Shown here: piece by piece, positions 8,447 to 18,126 of the stretch
Layout of the letters: the number at the start of each line of letters is the position of its first letter
Position numbering within the stretch: position 1 is the first letter of the stretch
NCBI GenBank assembly: GCA_016294075.1
Contig: JAEDCQ010000002.1
Coordinates: forward strand, 4,933-36,932
Direction: 5' to 3'
DNA length: 32,000 bases
From: Lachnospiraceae bacterium
Lineage (GTDB): Bacteria; Bacillota; Clostridia; Lachnospirales; Lachnospiraceae
Notes under the pieces: generated by a model
What the model was told of the DNA's origin: nothing
The model's database searches: none
Seen by the model: only the letters and a program-made list of their open reading frames with translations
Program-made: the position numbers and the translations under genes

Positions 8447-10258
8447 CTATTCCTCCTTGATTTTTTCGCGCAGGGATGTAAAATCGGAAGGCCCGCTTTC
8501 TAAGAAAAAACGATGGAAGGAATAGTCATTATAGTATTCCCCCATTTGTTGCCTGACCTCTTCCTTTAACGAAAGTATTTCCAGATAACTCCAATAATAT
8601 TTTGGATAGTTTGCCGGTTCCTCCACAATATATTCAAATATACCGGATACCGTGTCTTCATCCTGTATTCCGTGCATGGCCAAAAGCTCTTTTACACGGG
8701 CATAATCCAGTCCGTAGTAATGGATTCCGATATCCAGAAGAGACAGCAGGGAGAGAGAGGCAAGCCGTTCGGTGCTGTAGATATCGTAAAGCAGTTCATA
8801 ATCTTTATTCCCTGTTTCTTCTACCAAAAGCTTCGCGGCATATGAATATGAAAGCATTTCCGTATATAGCGCCCATCCCTCAATATAGCCTCCGTAATTT
8901 AAAATACTGCGCAGGTAAGGCTGGTTATGTTCTTTTCGATAGATTTGATAATAGGTTGTTTGGTACAGATGGCCCGGGTATCCTTCATGGGCAAGTGTTG
9001 TGTATAGCTGTAAACCGCTGGGAACGGAAGAATTATTTATATAAATGGAATTTTGGGAATTATCATCCAAGGGCGGAACAAGATAATAGGCCGGAGCAGT
9101 AAAGTCTTCCAATGCCGGACTGACTTCTTTTATTGTTGCGGGTAAAGCAGGTACATCAAAGGAAGACGTTACGGACGGAAAATCTCCCGCCATTTCTTTT
9201 CTGAGATGCTTCAGCATCTCTTCCGATTCGGTAAGAGGGAAAAATAGCAGATCCTCTTCTGTCAGGGAGGAGTCTGACCGAAAGCGCTGCAAATCCGTTT
9301 TAAGGGAAAGCAGAGATCGGTAATAATCCTTTGCCAATGTTTCGTAAGCTGTTTTCATGGAGACATCTGAGCCGGTTGCCAAGTGGAATAACCATTCATA
9401 ATATTCACGTCCCTCTCTGAAATGACTGAGTCCGGCGTTGTTTTTTCCGACACCGTAAAACCCTGACAGAGTTTTTGCAAGATTCTCATATGCAGGAAGC
9501 ACATAAGAAATAAGATACTGCCTATTCATGGAGATATAGTCAGAAGCCTCTTTCTTTGTAATAAACCTTTTTTGCAATGCTTCGTTTATTCTTTCCGTAA
9601 AGGTTGTAATCAGAAAATGCTCATTATTTCTTAAGGACTCTTTGGTTACAATGGTGTTGCATTGATTTATGACCTTTTTCAGGGAGTAATCTGCCATGCA
9701 AAAGCCGCGTGAAGCCTTCTCGGTTTCAAAATCACATAAGCATTCAAAATAGGAAGGTGTCAATTTTAACAGTTGAAGATAATTTTCAATATCATCTTTA
9801 TTTCGGAAGGGGTATTCCGCCATTAATATCGGATATTGTAGCTGCGCACCGCCTGAAGGAGAAAAAGCTTCCTGCAGATAAAAAAACTGCTGACCTGTAA
9901 GCTCTTTGGAGAAAGCTTTTAGCAGAAGAGTATGCGTATATTTTTCGTCGGTTGTTAATTCAGAAACGTCAAAGCTTTTCAGGGTTTCATAGTTTTCTTT
10001 TATTTTTTGGTAGCTTGCAAGAGCATTGTCCCTGTTGTATAGAGGCAGTGATACTTTTTTTGTTTCAATACCGAGTTTCCCGGGATATGCCAGTGTAAAG
10101 TGAAGACCAAGAGTATCGTCCTTAATTTTTTCTATAAATATTGTGTCACAGAATGAACGGAACGGACTTCTTTTGGCAGCAAACCAGAGTGTCAGTGACA
10201 GAAAGATTGTAAAAAGAAAAAGAATAAGTAGAATAGGACGCCATTTAAATTTTTTCAC
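8447..10258 (-). CDS. DUF885-family protein with N-terminal membrane anchor
   Basis: 603 aa, GTG start. TM segment ILLILFLFTIFLSLTLWF. The metallopeptidase-like motif HEGYPGHLYQ is typical of DUF885. Confidence 0.7.
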   Translation of the reverse strand: MKKFKWRPILLILFLFTIFLSLTLWFAAKRSPFRSFCDTIFIEKIKDDTLGLHFTLAYPGKLGIETKKVSLPLYNRDNALASYQKIKENYETLKSFDVSELTTDEKYTHTLLLKAFSKELTGQQFFYLQEAFSPSGGAQLQYPILMAEYPFRNKDDIENYLQLLKLTPSYFECLCDFETEKASRGFCMADYSLKKVINQCNTIVTKESLRNNEHFLITTFTERINEALQKRFITKKEASDYISMNRQYLISYVLPAYENLAKTLSGFYGVGKNNAGLSHFREGREYYEWLFHLATGSDVSMKTAYETLAKDYYRSLLSLKTDLQRFRSDSSLTEEDLLFFPLTESEEMLKHLRKEMAGDFPSVTSSFDVPALPATIKEVSPALEDFTAPAYYLVPPLDDNSQNSIYINNSSVPSGLQLYTTLAHEGYPGHLYQTTYYQIYRKEHNQPYLRSILNYGGYIEGWALYTEMLSYSYAAKLLVEETGNKDYELLYDIYSTERLASLSLLSLLDIGIHYYGLDYARVKELLAMHGIQDEDTVSGIFEYIVEEPANYPKYYWSYLEILSLKEEVRQQMGEYYNDYSFHRFFLESGPSDFTSLREKIKEE

Positions 10259-10357
10259 AGTTTCACCAAATGGGCTTTTCTTTAATTTATGCAGGGAAAA
10301 TGAGCATCATTCAAAAATGGATTGTCCTTCTTTTAGAATAAAGTAAGGATTGAAAGG

Positions 10358-10387
10358 TTTACAGTAACGGTTAAAAAGTGGTATGAT
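10358..10387 (+). promoter_or_regulatory. Sigma-A-like promoter upstream of rpe-metG
   Basis: -35 TTTACA (10358-10363), 18 nt spacer, extended -10 TGgTATGAT (10379-10387). Confidence 0.45.
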
Positions 10388-10448
10388 ACTGAAATATGGG
10401 AGTATATTATGTTTTCAGGGTTTTGTGGGAGAGAAAGAGAGTAGAAGA

Positions 10449-11114
10449 ATGAACATTTTAGCCCCTTCGATTCTGGCGGCAGACTGCTGTATGCTGGGAG
10501 AGCAGATTGAAGACGTGAAAAAAGGCGGAGCGAAGTATCTGCACGTTGATATTATGGACGGTGTATTTGTGCCATCGATATCATTTGGAATGTGTGTTGT
10601 CAAATCACTTCGTAAAATAAAGGACATTGTGTTTGATGTGCATTTGATGGTAACGGAGCCCATTCGTTATATTGAAGAATTTGCAAAGGATGGAGCCGAT
10701 ATTATTACAGTGCATCTTGAGGCATGCAGTGATGTAAAGGAAACTTTGTTAAAAATCAGGGAATGCGGATGCAAAGTTGGCCTGTCTGTTAAGCCGGGAA
10801 CGTCCGTAAAGGAAGTCATGCCCTATTTGGGGCTTATAGATATGATACTTGTTATGTGTGTAGAGCCGGGATTCGGTGGGCAGAAATATATTGAGGAATC
10901 AACCGGACGAATTCGTGAGATGCGTTCCATGATTATAAATTCCGGCAGAAATATTGATGTAGAAGTAGATGGAGGCATTAATCTTTCCAATGTGGAAATG
11001 ATAGTAAATGCAGGAGCAAATGTAATTGTAGCCGGCTCTGCCGTGTTTGGCGGGGATGTGCTATATAATACACGACAGTTTATGAAAAAATTATCAGGAC
11101 AGGAAGGTGACTAG
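10449..11114 (+). CDS. rpe: Ribulose-phosphate 3-epimerase
   Basis: MNILAPSILAAD start, HVDIMDG, DVHLMV, VEPGFGGQ, VDGGIN motifs. The ATG at 10449 is preferred over the track start on homology. Confidence 0.9.
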   Translation: MNILAPSILAADCCMLGEQIEDVKKGGAKYLHVDIMDGVFVPSISFGMCVVKSLRKIKDIVFDVHLMVTEPIRYIEEFAKDGADIITVHLEACSDVKETLLKIRECGCKVGLSVKPGTSVKEVMPYLGLIDMILVMCVEPGFGGQKYIEESTGRIREMRSMIINSGRNIDVEVDGGINLSNVEMIVNAGANVIVAGSAVFGGDVLYNTRQFMKKLSGQEGD

Positions 11115-11115
11115 T

Positions 11116-13080
11116 ATGAATAAAGGAAAATATTATATGACTACGGCAATTGCTTATACATCAGGAAAACCCCATATCGGGAACACCTATGAAATTGTCT
11201 TGGCAGACAGCATTGCCAGATATAAAAGAAAAGACGGATATGATGTTTTTTTTCAAACCGGAACTGATGAGCATGGTCAGAAGATTGAGCTGAAGGCAGG
11301 AGAGGCAGGCATTACCCCTAAGGAATTTGTGGATAATGTGGCAGGCGAGATAAAGAGAATCTGGGATTTGATGAACACTTCTTATGATAAATTTATCCGT
11401 ACTACAGATGATTATCATGAAAAGCAGGTGCAGAAAATCTTTAAAAAATTATATGATCAGGGAGATATTTACAAGGGAGCATATGAGGGTCTCTATTGTA
11501 CTCCGTGCGAATCCTTTTGGACAGAATCCCAGCTTAAGGATGGAAAATGCCCTGACTGCGGACGGGAGGTAAAGCCTGCAAAAGAAGAGGCGTATTTCTT
11601 TAAGATGAGTAAATATGCCGACCGTCTGATTGAGCATATTAACAGTCATCCGGAATTTATCCAGCCGGTATCACGTAAAAATGAAATGATGAATAATTTT
11701 CTTCTGCCGGGGCTACAGGATCTTTGTGTTTCCCGTACTTCCTTTAAATGGGGCATTCCGGTAGACTTTGACGATAAGCATGTAGTTTATGTGTGGCTGG
11801 ATGCACTGACAAATTATATTACCGGAATCGGTTATGATGCGGACGGAAACAGTACTGAACAGTATAAAAAGAACTGGCCTGCTGACCTGCATCTGATTGG
11901 TAAGGATATTATCCGTTTCCATACAATTTACTGGCCAATCTTTTTAATGGCACTCGGTGAACCGCTTCCTAAGCAGATTTTCGGACATCCGTGGTTATTA
12001 CAGGGTGACGGAAAGATGAGTAAATCCAAAGGCAATGTACTTTATGCCGATGATTTGGTAGATTTCTTCGGTGTAGATGCAGTGCGCTACTTTGTGTTAC
12101 ATGAAATGCCGTTTGAAAATGATGGTGTAATCTCGTGGGAATTGATGGTAGAACGCATGAATTCCGACCTTGCCAATACATTGGGCAATCTTGTGAATAG
12201 AACGATTTCCATGTCAAACAAATATTTTGACGGTATCGTATGCGATAAACATGCTAAAGAAGCAGTTGATGAGGATTTAAAAAACATTGTTCTTAAGGCA
12301 TATGATAAAGTGGAAGCAAAAATGGATAATCTTAGGGTGGCAGACGCTCTAACGGAGATTTTTGCAATTTTTAAGCGCTGCAATAAATATATTGATGAGA
12401 CAGAGCCGTGGGTACTTGCTAAGGATGAAGCAAAGAAAGACCGCCTCGCGACTGTGCTTTATAATCTGGTAGAGGGAATAGTAATAGGTGCTTCATTATT
12501 GGAGCCGTTTATGCCGGAAACTGCCGGAAAAATCGTGGAACAGTTAAATACATCGGTTCGCGGATTTGAAGAGCTTAATACATTCGGAAAATATGAATCC
12601 GGAACAAAGGTGACGGAAAAACCGCAGATTCTGTTCGCAAGACTGGATGTTAAGGAAGTGGTTGAAAAGGCAGAGGCGTTGTATGCTTCCCGTAATCAGG
12701 ATGCAGGAAAGAAAGAAGAGGATGATGAGCCGGTAATCGATATGGATTCCAAACCGGAAATTACATTTGAGGATTTTGAGAAACTGCAGTTTAGAGTGGG
12801 TAAGATTATTGCTTGTGAAGAAGTACCGAAATCCAAGAAGCTGCTCTGCTCGCAGGTTAAAATCGGCAGCGAGGTAAAACAGATTGTTTCCGGCATCAAA
12901 CAGCACTACAGTGCAGAAGAGATGGTCGGAAAGAAGGTATTGGTACTTACCAATCTTAAGCCTGCAAAGCTTGCGGGGGTATTATCTGAAGGAATGCTGC
13001 TCTGCGCAGAAGATGCGGAGGGAAATCTGGCTTTGATGACACCGGAAAAAGAGATGCCTGCCGGTGCTGAGGTTTGTTAA
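11116..13080 (+). CDS. metG: Methionine--tRNA ligase with C-terminal tRNA-binding (EMAP/Trbp111-like) domain
   Basis: HIGN (class I HIGH), KMSKS, zinc knuckle CTPCE...CPDCG, and a C-terminal FRVGKII...LKPAKLAGVLSEGMLL. The ATG is 1 nt after the rpe stop, with RBS AGGAAGGTGA. Confidence 0.95.
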   Translation: MNKGKYYMTTAIAYTSGKPHIGNTYEIVLADSIARYKRKDGYDVFFQTGTDEHGQKIELKAGEAGITPKEFVDNVAGEIKRIWDLMNTSYDKFIRTTDDYHEKQVQKIFKKLYDQGDIYKGAYEGLYCTPCESFWTESQLKDGKCPDCGREVKPAKEEAYFFKMSKYADRLIEHINSHPEFIQPVSRKNEMMNNFLLPGLQDLCVSRTSFKWGIPVDFDDKHVVYVWLDALTNYITGIGYDADGNSTEQYKKNWPADLHLIGKDIIRFHTIYWPIFLMALGEPLPKQIFGHPWLLQGDGKMSKSKGNVLYADDLVDFFGVDAVRYFVLHEMPFENDGVISWELMVERMNSDLANTLGNLVNRTISMSNKYFDGIVCDKHAKEAVDEDLKNIVLKAYDKVEAKMDNLRVADALTEIFAIFKRCNKYIDETEPWVLAKDEAKKDRLATVLYNLVEGIVIGASLLEPFMPETAGKIVEQLNTSVRGFEELNTFGKYESGTKVTEKPQILFARLDVKEVVEKAEALYASRNQDAGKKEEDDEPVIDMDSKPEITFEDFEKLQFRVGKIIACEEVPKSKKLLCSQVKIGSEVKQIVSGIKQHYSAEEMVGKKVLVLTNLKPAKLAGVLSEGMLLCAEDAEGNLALMTPEKEMPAGAEVC

Positions 13081-13110
13081 TTGGCAGTTTTCACGGACAC
13101 AGGGAGAAAT

Positions 13111-14043
13111 ATGACAAAGAAAGAGTTTTATTTTGAATCAAAAAGCGGTACAAATAAAATCCATGCCGTAAAATGGGTCCCTGATAAAAATCCAATCTGC
13201 ATCGTACAATTTGTGCATGGTATGGCAGAGTATGTAGAGCGGTATGAAGAATTTGCAGCTTTCCTGACGGAAAAAGGAATACTGGCAGTCGGCGAGGACC
13301 ATCTTGGGCACGGGAAGTCAATCGGTGATAATCCGCCGGGATATATCTGTGAGAAGGAACCGCATAAAATTTTAGTAGAGGATGTACATACGTTAAAGGA
13401 TATCATCAGAGAAGAGTATCCGGAGGTTCCGTATGTTATTTTCGGACACAGTATGGGCTCCTTTATTACCCGCAATTTTATTCATGAATATGGTAATGAG
13501 GTGGATGGTGCAGTAATTTCGGCTACGGGCATGCAGCCTGAAGGATTGCTGAGGATAATGAAAATGCTGGTTGTTTTTCTGCAATTTTTTCAGGGCAGTC
13601 GTCACGTTAGCCGGTTTATGGATAAGCTGGCATTCGGCAGTTATTTGCAACGGGTAGAGAATTCGGTATCGGATTTTGATTGGCTTTCTGTAAATTCTGA
13701 AAATGTACAGAATTATTTGAAAGATGAGCTGTGCGGTTTTGTTTTTACCTTAAACGGATTTAAAGCGTTGGCGGACCTGTGCCTTGGCTTATATGATTAT
13801 GATAAGATAACATCTATACCGAAGGATTTACCTGTTTTCTTTATCTATGGAGATGAAGATCCGGTAGGTGATTACGGAGCAGGTGTGATGAAGGCGTATG
13901 GGTTATATGAGAGTACGGGAATGAAAAAGCTTTCCCGAAAGCTCTATCCCGGCAGACGCCATGAATTATTAAATGAAATGAATAAAGAAGAGGTCATGCA
14001 GGATATATATGCATGGCTGAAGGAAATGGTTTTAGAGCGATAG
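13111..14043 (+). CDS. Alpha/beta hydrolase (lysophospholipase / monoacylglycerol-lipase-like)
   Basis: Nucleophile elbow GHSMGS, HG oxyanion motif (VHGMAEY), and a late D...H (GDEDPV, RRHELL). RBS GGGAGA precedes the ATG at 13111. Confidence 0.8.
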   Translation: MTKKEFYFESKSGTNKIHAVKWVPDKNPICIVQFVHGMAEYVERYEEFAAFLTEKGILAVGEDHLGHGKSIGDNPPGYICEKEPHKILVEDVHTLKDIIREEYPEVPYVIFGHSMGSFITRNFIHEYGNEVDGAVISATGMQPEGLLRIMKMLVVFLQFFQGSRHVSRFMDKLAFGSYLQRVENSVSDFDWLSVNSENVQNYLKDELCGFVFTLNGFKALADLCLGLYDYDKITSIPKDLPVFFIYGDEDPVGDYGAGVMKAYGLYESTGMKKLSRKLYPGRRHELLNEMNKEEVMQDIYAWLKEMVLER

Positions 14044-14093
14044 GCACGTCCTGTCGCTTTAAAATAAATTTATGAAGCTGATTGGAGGAAAGT

Positions 14094-15011
14094 ATGAAGA
14101 AATTTATGATGTTGTTTACAATGCTGACCATGTTTTTTGCAATGGGATTTACGGCATATGCAAACGGTTTGGGGGAGAATGAGCAATCAGCGCAGACGGT
14201 TGTAGCATTAGGTGCCGATTTATCGGCTGAGCAAAGAGCGGAAGTCTTGGAGTTAATGGGACTGACGGAGGAGACATTGGCACAATGTACAGTGATAACC
14301 ATTACAAATGATATGGAACACCGGTATTTAGATCAATATATTGATTCTTCCGTGATAGGAACGAAGTCGCTGTCCAGTGTAATTCTCAGAAAAGCGGAAG
14401 CCGGAAACGGTGTTTTGGTTACAACCAAAAATATTAATTACTGTACAACCGGTATGTATCGAAATGCTTTATTGACTGCGGGACTGGAGGATACAAATGT
14501 GTTGGTGGTCGGTCCGAGTAAAATATCCGGAACAGCAGCATTAATCGGTGCGGTAAAAGCTTATGAGCAGATATCCGGAGAGCCGGTTCCCGATAAGGTT
14601 TTGGATGCGGCAATGAATGAGCTGATTACGACAGGAGAACTTGCCGAAGGTGAAAACAGTGAGGAAATTGAAGAATTAGTGGCTTTCATTAAAGCAAAGC
14701 TGGCAGCAGGGGAGCTAAATTCGGATGAAGATATTCAAAATGCCATTACAGAAGGTGAAAACAAATTCCAGGTAAGCCTTACAGATGAAGAAAAAGAGAA
14801 AATTTTAGCTGTCATGCATAAAATAAAGGAACTGGGACTTGATCCGGAAAAGTTATTGGATCAGGCGCAGGATCTTTATAAAAAATTCGGAGATGAATTG
14901 TTTCAAAATGCGGAGGAAGCCGTAAAGCAGACAATATCTCAAAGCGTTACCCGCTTCTTTTCAGATCTCGGAAACAGGGTAAAGGATTTTTTTATTAAGC
15001 TGTTTTCATAA
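14094..15011 (+). CDS. Secreted DUF1002 / YpuA-like protein
   Basis: Signal peptide MKKFMMLFTMLTMFFAMGFTAYA. Collinear resemblance to B. subtilis YpuA as I recall it (LGADLS.EQ, SGTAAL.G..KAYE, LTD..K). Confidence 0.7.
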   Translation: MKKFMMLFTMLTMFFAMGFTAYANGLGENEQSAQTVVALGADLSAEQRAEVLELMGLTEETLAQCTVITITNDMEHRYLDQYIDSSVIGTKSLSSVILRKAEAGNGVLVTTKNINYCTTGMYRNALLTAGLEDTNVLVVGPSKISGTAALIGAVKAYEQISGEPVPDKVLDAAMNELITTGELAEGENSEEIEELVAFIKAKLAAGELNSDEDIQNAITEGENKFQVSLTDEEKEKILAVMHKIKELGLDPEKLLDQAQDLYKKFGDELFQNAEEAVKQTISQSVTRFFSDLGNRVKDFFIKLFS

Positions 15012-15029
15012 ATAGAAAGGCGTATATCA

Positions 15030-15518
15030 ATGAATCATTTACCGGAGAGAGAAGAGTTCTTTCATATACGTAAGGCACGTCCTTCAGAGTGGGATAATGC
15101 AATGGAATTGGCATTTCGGACATTTCTAAAATATGAGGGATTGGAATACGGTTCGGAAGGTATTGCTCATTTTGCTGAATTTATTACAGATAATGTTTTA
15201 AAGGAAATGTTTTTACAAGGAAATTATCTTTTGTTTGTTGCGGTTGCCGGGGATAAAATTATCGGCATCATTTCCCTCAGAAGCGGAAATCATATTTCTT
15301 TATTATTTGTAGATGAGCAATATCACAGAAAAGGTGTAGGAAAAGCATTGGTAAAATATCTTCAGGAATATATGCTTTCCAATACGAAGTATGATAAATT
15401 AACGGTCCATGCAGCACCCTATGGGATTCCTTTTTATCATAAAATCGGATTTAGGGATACTTCTTTAGCGACAGAGCAGGATGGCATTATTTATACGCCA
15501 ATGGAGTTTTTTTTGTGA
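15030..15518 (+). CDS. GNAT-family N-acetyltransferase
   Basis: 162 aa. Acetyl-CoA-binding motif QYHRKGVGKAL, with beta-strand/helix spacing typical of GNAT. Confidence 0.8.
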   Translation: MNHLPEREEFFHIRKARPSEWDNAMELAFRTFLKYEGLEYGSEGIAHFAEFITDNVLKEMFLQGNYLLFVAVAGDKIIGIISLRSGNHISLLFVDEQYHRKGVGKALVKYLQEYMLSNTKYDKLTVHAAPYGIPFYHKIGFRDTSLATEQDGIIYTPMEFFL

Positions 15519-15633
15519 GAAATTCAGATAAATGATAAATTAACCGCCAAAAATGTGATTATTTTTCGTAAAATTATTTGCGTTTTTGGTCAAAAAGTAC
15601 TATAATTTCAATAGTTGAGTAAAGGGTAATGAA

Positions 15634-16299
15634 ATGGGTGAGTTATTTAATTTAGATAATCCGGTATGGTCCTTTATGGGAAAAGTAGCAGATTTAATTA
15701 TCTTAAATATTCTGGCAGTAATCTGCTCACTTCCGATTTTTACAATAGGCGCATCATGGACGGCTTTGTACTTTGTGACAATCCGTATGGTCAGAAAGGA
15801 AGAAAGCTACATTGTAAAAGATTTCTTCCGCTCTTTTAAAGAGAATTTTAAGCAGGCAACCACAATTTGGTTGATAGTTTTGGTAATGTCAGCGGTGCTT
15901 GCGGGAGATATTATTATCTGCAGGATGCTGCCGGACCAGATTCCGCAGATAATTTCATTGGCCATAGCAGTTCTGGCGTTTTGGGCGTTTGGTACGATAG
16001 TTTATATTTTCCCTGTTTTATCAAGATTTCAGAATACTATTAAAAATACGATTAGGAATGCATTTTTGATTTCGGTTCTTAATATTCCGTATACGATTCT
16101 AATTATGGTTTTGATAGTGTTGCCGTTAGTTTTAGCGTTTTTTGTATATCAGGCAGCTCCGTTTGTAATTGCCATGGGTTTTTCCTTACCTGCATATATT
16201 GCAAGTATTATGCTGGTTCGTATTTTCCGCAAACTGGAACCTGCCGAAGAATCCGGGGCAGAAAATGAGGAAGTAATTGAAGAAGATTTGGGTATTTAA
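15634..16299 (+). CDS. YesL-family (DUF624) integral membrane protein
   Basis: The N-terminal motif FMGKVADLIILNILAVICSLPIFTIGASWTALYFV is typical of YesL. Several TM segments. Confidence 0.7.
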   Translation: MGELFNLDNPVWSFMGKVADLIILNILAVICSLPIFTIGASWTALYFVTIRMVRKEESYIVKDFFRSFKENFKQATTIWLIVLVMSAVLAGDIIICRMLPDQIPQIISLAIAVLAFWAFGTIVYIFPVLSRFQNTIKNTIRNAFLISVLNIPYTILIMVLIVLPLVLAFFVYQAAPFVIAMGFSLPAYIASIMLVRIFRKLEPAEESGAENEEVIEEDLGI

Positions 16300-16318
16300 G
16301 TAATTGGTGGAGACTTGG

Positions 16319-17881
16319 ATGGGAGAGAAAAGAAAAAAGGTTTCAAATGAACCAACTGAAGCTTCTCGCAAGCAGATGCTGTTACAATACGGACTTCCGG
16401 TAGTTCTTTTTGTAATTGTGTTAGTGATTATTATATCGAATTACTTTGCCATTAGCAGAAACGATGCCAATGAAGACGTGGAGGAACATCTTATTCTGCA
16501 GTGTATGGATAATGCCGGCAACATTTATAAAATTATGTCTGCTTCCATTGCTTCGGCCAGCACAGTAGCGGCTATTATGGGCAATGAGGAGAACTGCACG
16601 CCTAAGGATATTATCACATATGCTAAAGAGTTAAGCAGAACGCAGGAAGATTGTTATATGGTCATTATTGCAGACAATCAGGGAGATGGCTTTAGCAGTG
16701 AGGGAGAAAAGATAGATATCTCAGACAGAGATTATTTTACGGTATCAAGAAGTCAGCGTTATTGTATGACGCAGGATGATGGTGTATTTAACCGGAAAGC
16801 ATATGTTTTTGCAGTTCCCTATTATCAGCATAATATCAGTGTCGGTAATATTTATTTGTTTATTTCAGAGGATAAGCTTACGGAGCTGTTGCCACTTTAT
16901 GTTTATGATATGAAGTCCTCGTATGCAATCTGCGATTCCAAAGGAAATCTGTTAGCATCCTATGGCCAGCAGACAAAATTATTTGAAAATGACCAATATA
17001 TTGAGAATCTGCGCGGCGCTTTATTAAATGATATGTCATTTGCCCGTATTACAAACAGAATGAGTAAGCAGGTGAAGTTTGTATACGATGTCCGGATTGA
17101 AGAGGAAGAAAAAACGGTAGTTAATATACCTCTGGGTATCAGTGACTGGCAGTATTTAACGGTTTTGAATCGGAATTATGTTGACAGACTGGTTGCAAAC
17201 GAGTGGCAAAATATACGGGTGATGACAATCAGACTTGGCGTTGTTGTATTGATATTTGGAATTGTGATAGCAGTAATCGTTGTGATTAACCGTCTTCACT
17301 TTAACCAGCAGAGTAAAGAGCTTGCGGATAAAGCAGATACGGATTTGCTTACCGAGCTCAATAATAAAATTGCAACTGAGCGTAAGATTCAGGAGTACAT
17401 AGAAGAGAATCCGGACTCGCAGTGTCTGTTTTTCCTGTTTGATATTGATAATTTCAAAAAAATTAATGATACATTGGGTCATGCGTTCGGAGATGAGGTA
17501 CTCCGTTCATTGGGACAACAGCTTAGAAATGAATTCCGTGTCAGTGACATTATTGGACGAACCGGTGGGGATGAGTTTATTCTCTTCCTGAAAAATATGA
17601 ATTCTGATGAAACATTGGAAAAAGAGGCAAAGCGCTTTGCTGATTTCTTCCATCATTTTAAAGCGGGCGAGTATGTGAAATATTCTGCTACCGCAAGTAT
17701 CGGAGCGGCGGTATATCCGAGAGATGCAAAGGATTACCATGGACTCTATAAAGCAGCGGACAGCGCGTTGTATGAAGGGAAAAGACGTGGTAAAAATCGT
17801 CTTGTATTCTACAATAAAGAATTAGAAGAAGTAAATCCCAATAAGAAGAAAGAAACTCCTATTGAAAGTGACATGCGTTAA
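16319..17881 (+). CDS. Membrane diguanylate cyclase with extracytoplasmic Cache-like sensor domain
   Basis: Architecture is TM, ~270 aa sensor (DRDYF motif), TM, then a GGDEF domain with intact GGDEF and an RxxD I-site five residues upstream (RVSDIIGRTGGDEF). The ATG at 16319 has RBS GGTGGAG. Confidence 0.85.
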   Translation: MGEKRKKVSNEPTEASRKQMLLQYGLPVVLFVIVLVIIISNYFAISRNDANEDVEEHLILQCMDNAGNIYKIMSASIASASTVAAIMGNEENCTPKDIITYAKELSRTQEDCYMVIIADNQGDGFSSEGEKIDISDRDYFTVSRSQRYCMTQDDGVFNRKAYVFAVPYYQHNISVGNIYLFISEDKLTELLPLYVYDMKSSYAICDSKGNLLASYGQQTKLFENDQYIENLRGALLNDMSFARITNRMSKQVKFVYDVRIEEEEKTVVNIPLGISDWQYLTVLNRNYVDRLVANEWQNIRVMTIRLGVVVLIFGIVIAVIVVINRLHFNQQSKELADKADTDLLTELNNKIATERKIQEYIEENPDSQCLFFLFDIDNFKKINDTLGHAFGDEVLRSLGQQLRNEFRVSDIIGRTGGDEFILFLKNMNSDETLEKEAKRFADFFHHFKAGEYVKYSATASIGAAVYPRDAKDYHGLYKAADSALYEGKRRGKNRLVFYNKELEEVNPNKKKETPIESDMR

Positions 17882-17897
17882 GTATGTCACTTTTTTT
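17868..17897 (+). terminator. Rho-independent terminator
   Basis: GTGACAT (17868-17874) pairs with ATGTCAC (17884-17890), followed by TTTTTTT. It overlaps the stop codon. Confidence 0.7.
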
Positions 17898-18126
17898 GGA
17901 ATAGATGAACGAAAAATGTAAATGTATGATATACAAAATGCATAAAGCAAAAAGAGAAACAGCGACAGATTGAACAAGTTTAAATTTCGACAAACGCAGA
18001 ACAAGCATTTTTAACAAGGATTGAAAAAATATTTGTGAAAATGTGGTATAGAAAATAAACGGCGGATTCGGTATACTTACATCATGAAATTCGGTAAGTT
18101 CCGGATAAATTTAGGAGGATTTGATA

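Noticed and set aside
8602-9102. Long antisense ORFs inside well-supported genes: 8602-9102 (+), 22659-23150 (-), 31044-31508 (-), 1249-1749 (-), 12544-12906 (-), 27270-27683 (-), and others in the track.
   Set aside because: Each lies opposite a gene with clear family motifs. None has an RBS, and all have low-complexity or odd composition. They are typical shadow ORFs.
11100-11116. I looked for a T-box or other leader upstream of metG, and for riboswitches upstream of the amino-acid ABC operon, rpe and pfkA.
   Set aside because: metG starts 1 nt after rpe, so there is no room for a leader. The other 5' regions are short (about 45-65 nt) and show no conserved riboswitch or T-box elements that I could recognise.
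17986-17992. A single Spo0A-box-like heptamer (TTCGACA, the complement of TGTCGAA) upstream of msmK.
   Set aside because: A 7-mer match is expected by chance several times in a window of this size on two strands. It is not clustered or positioned relative to a clear promoter.
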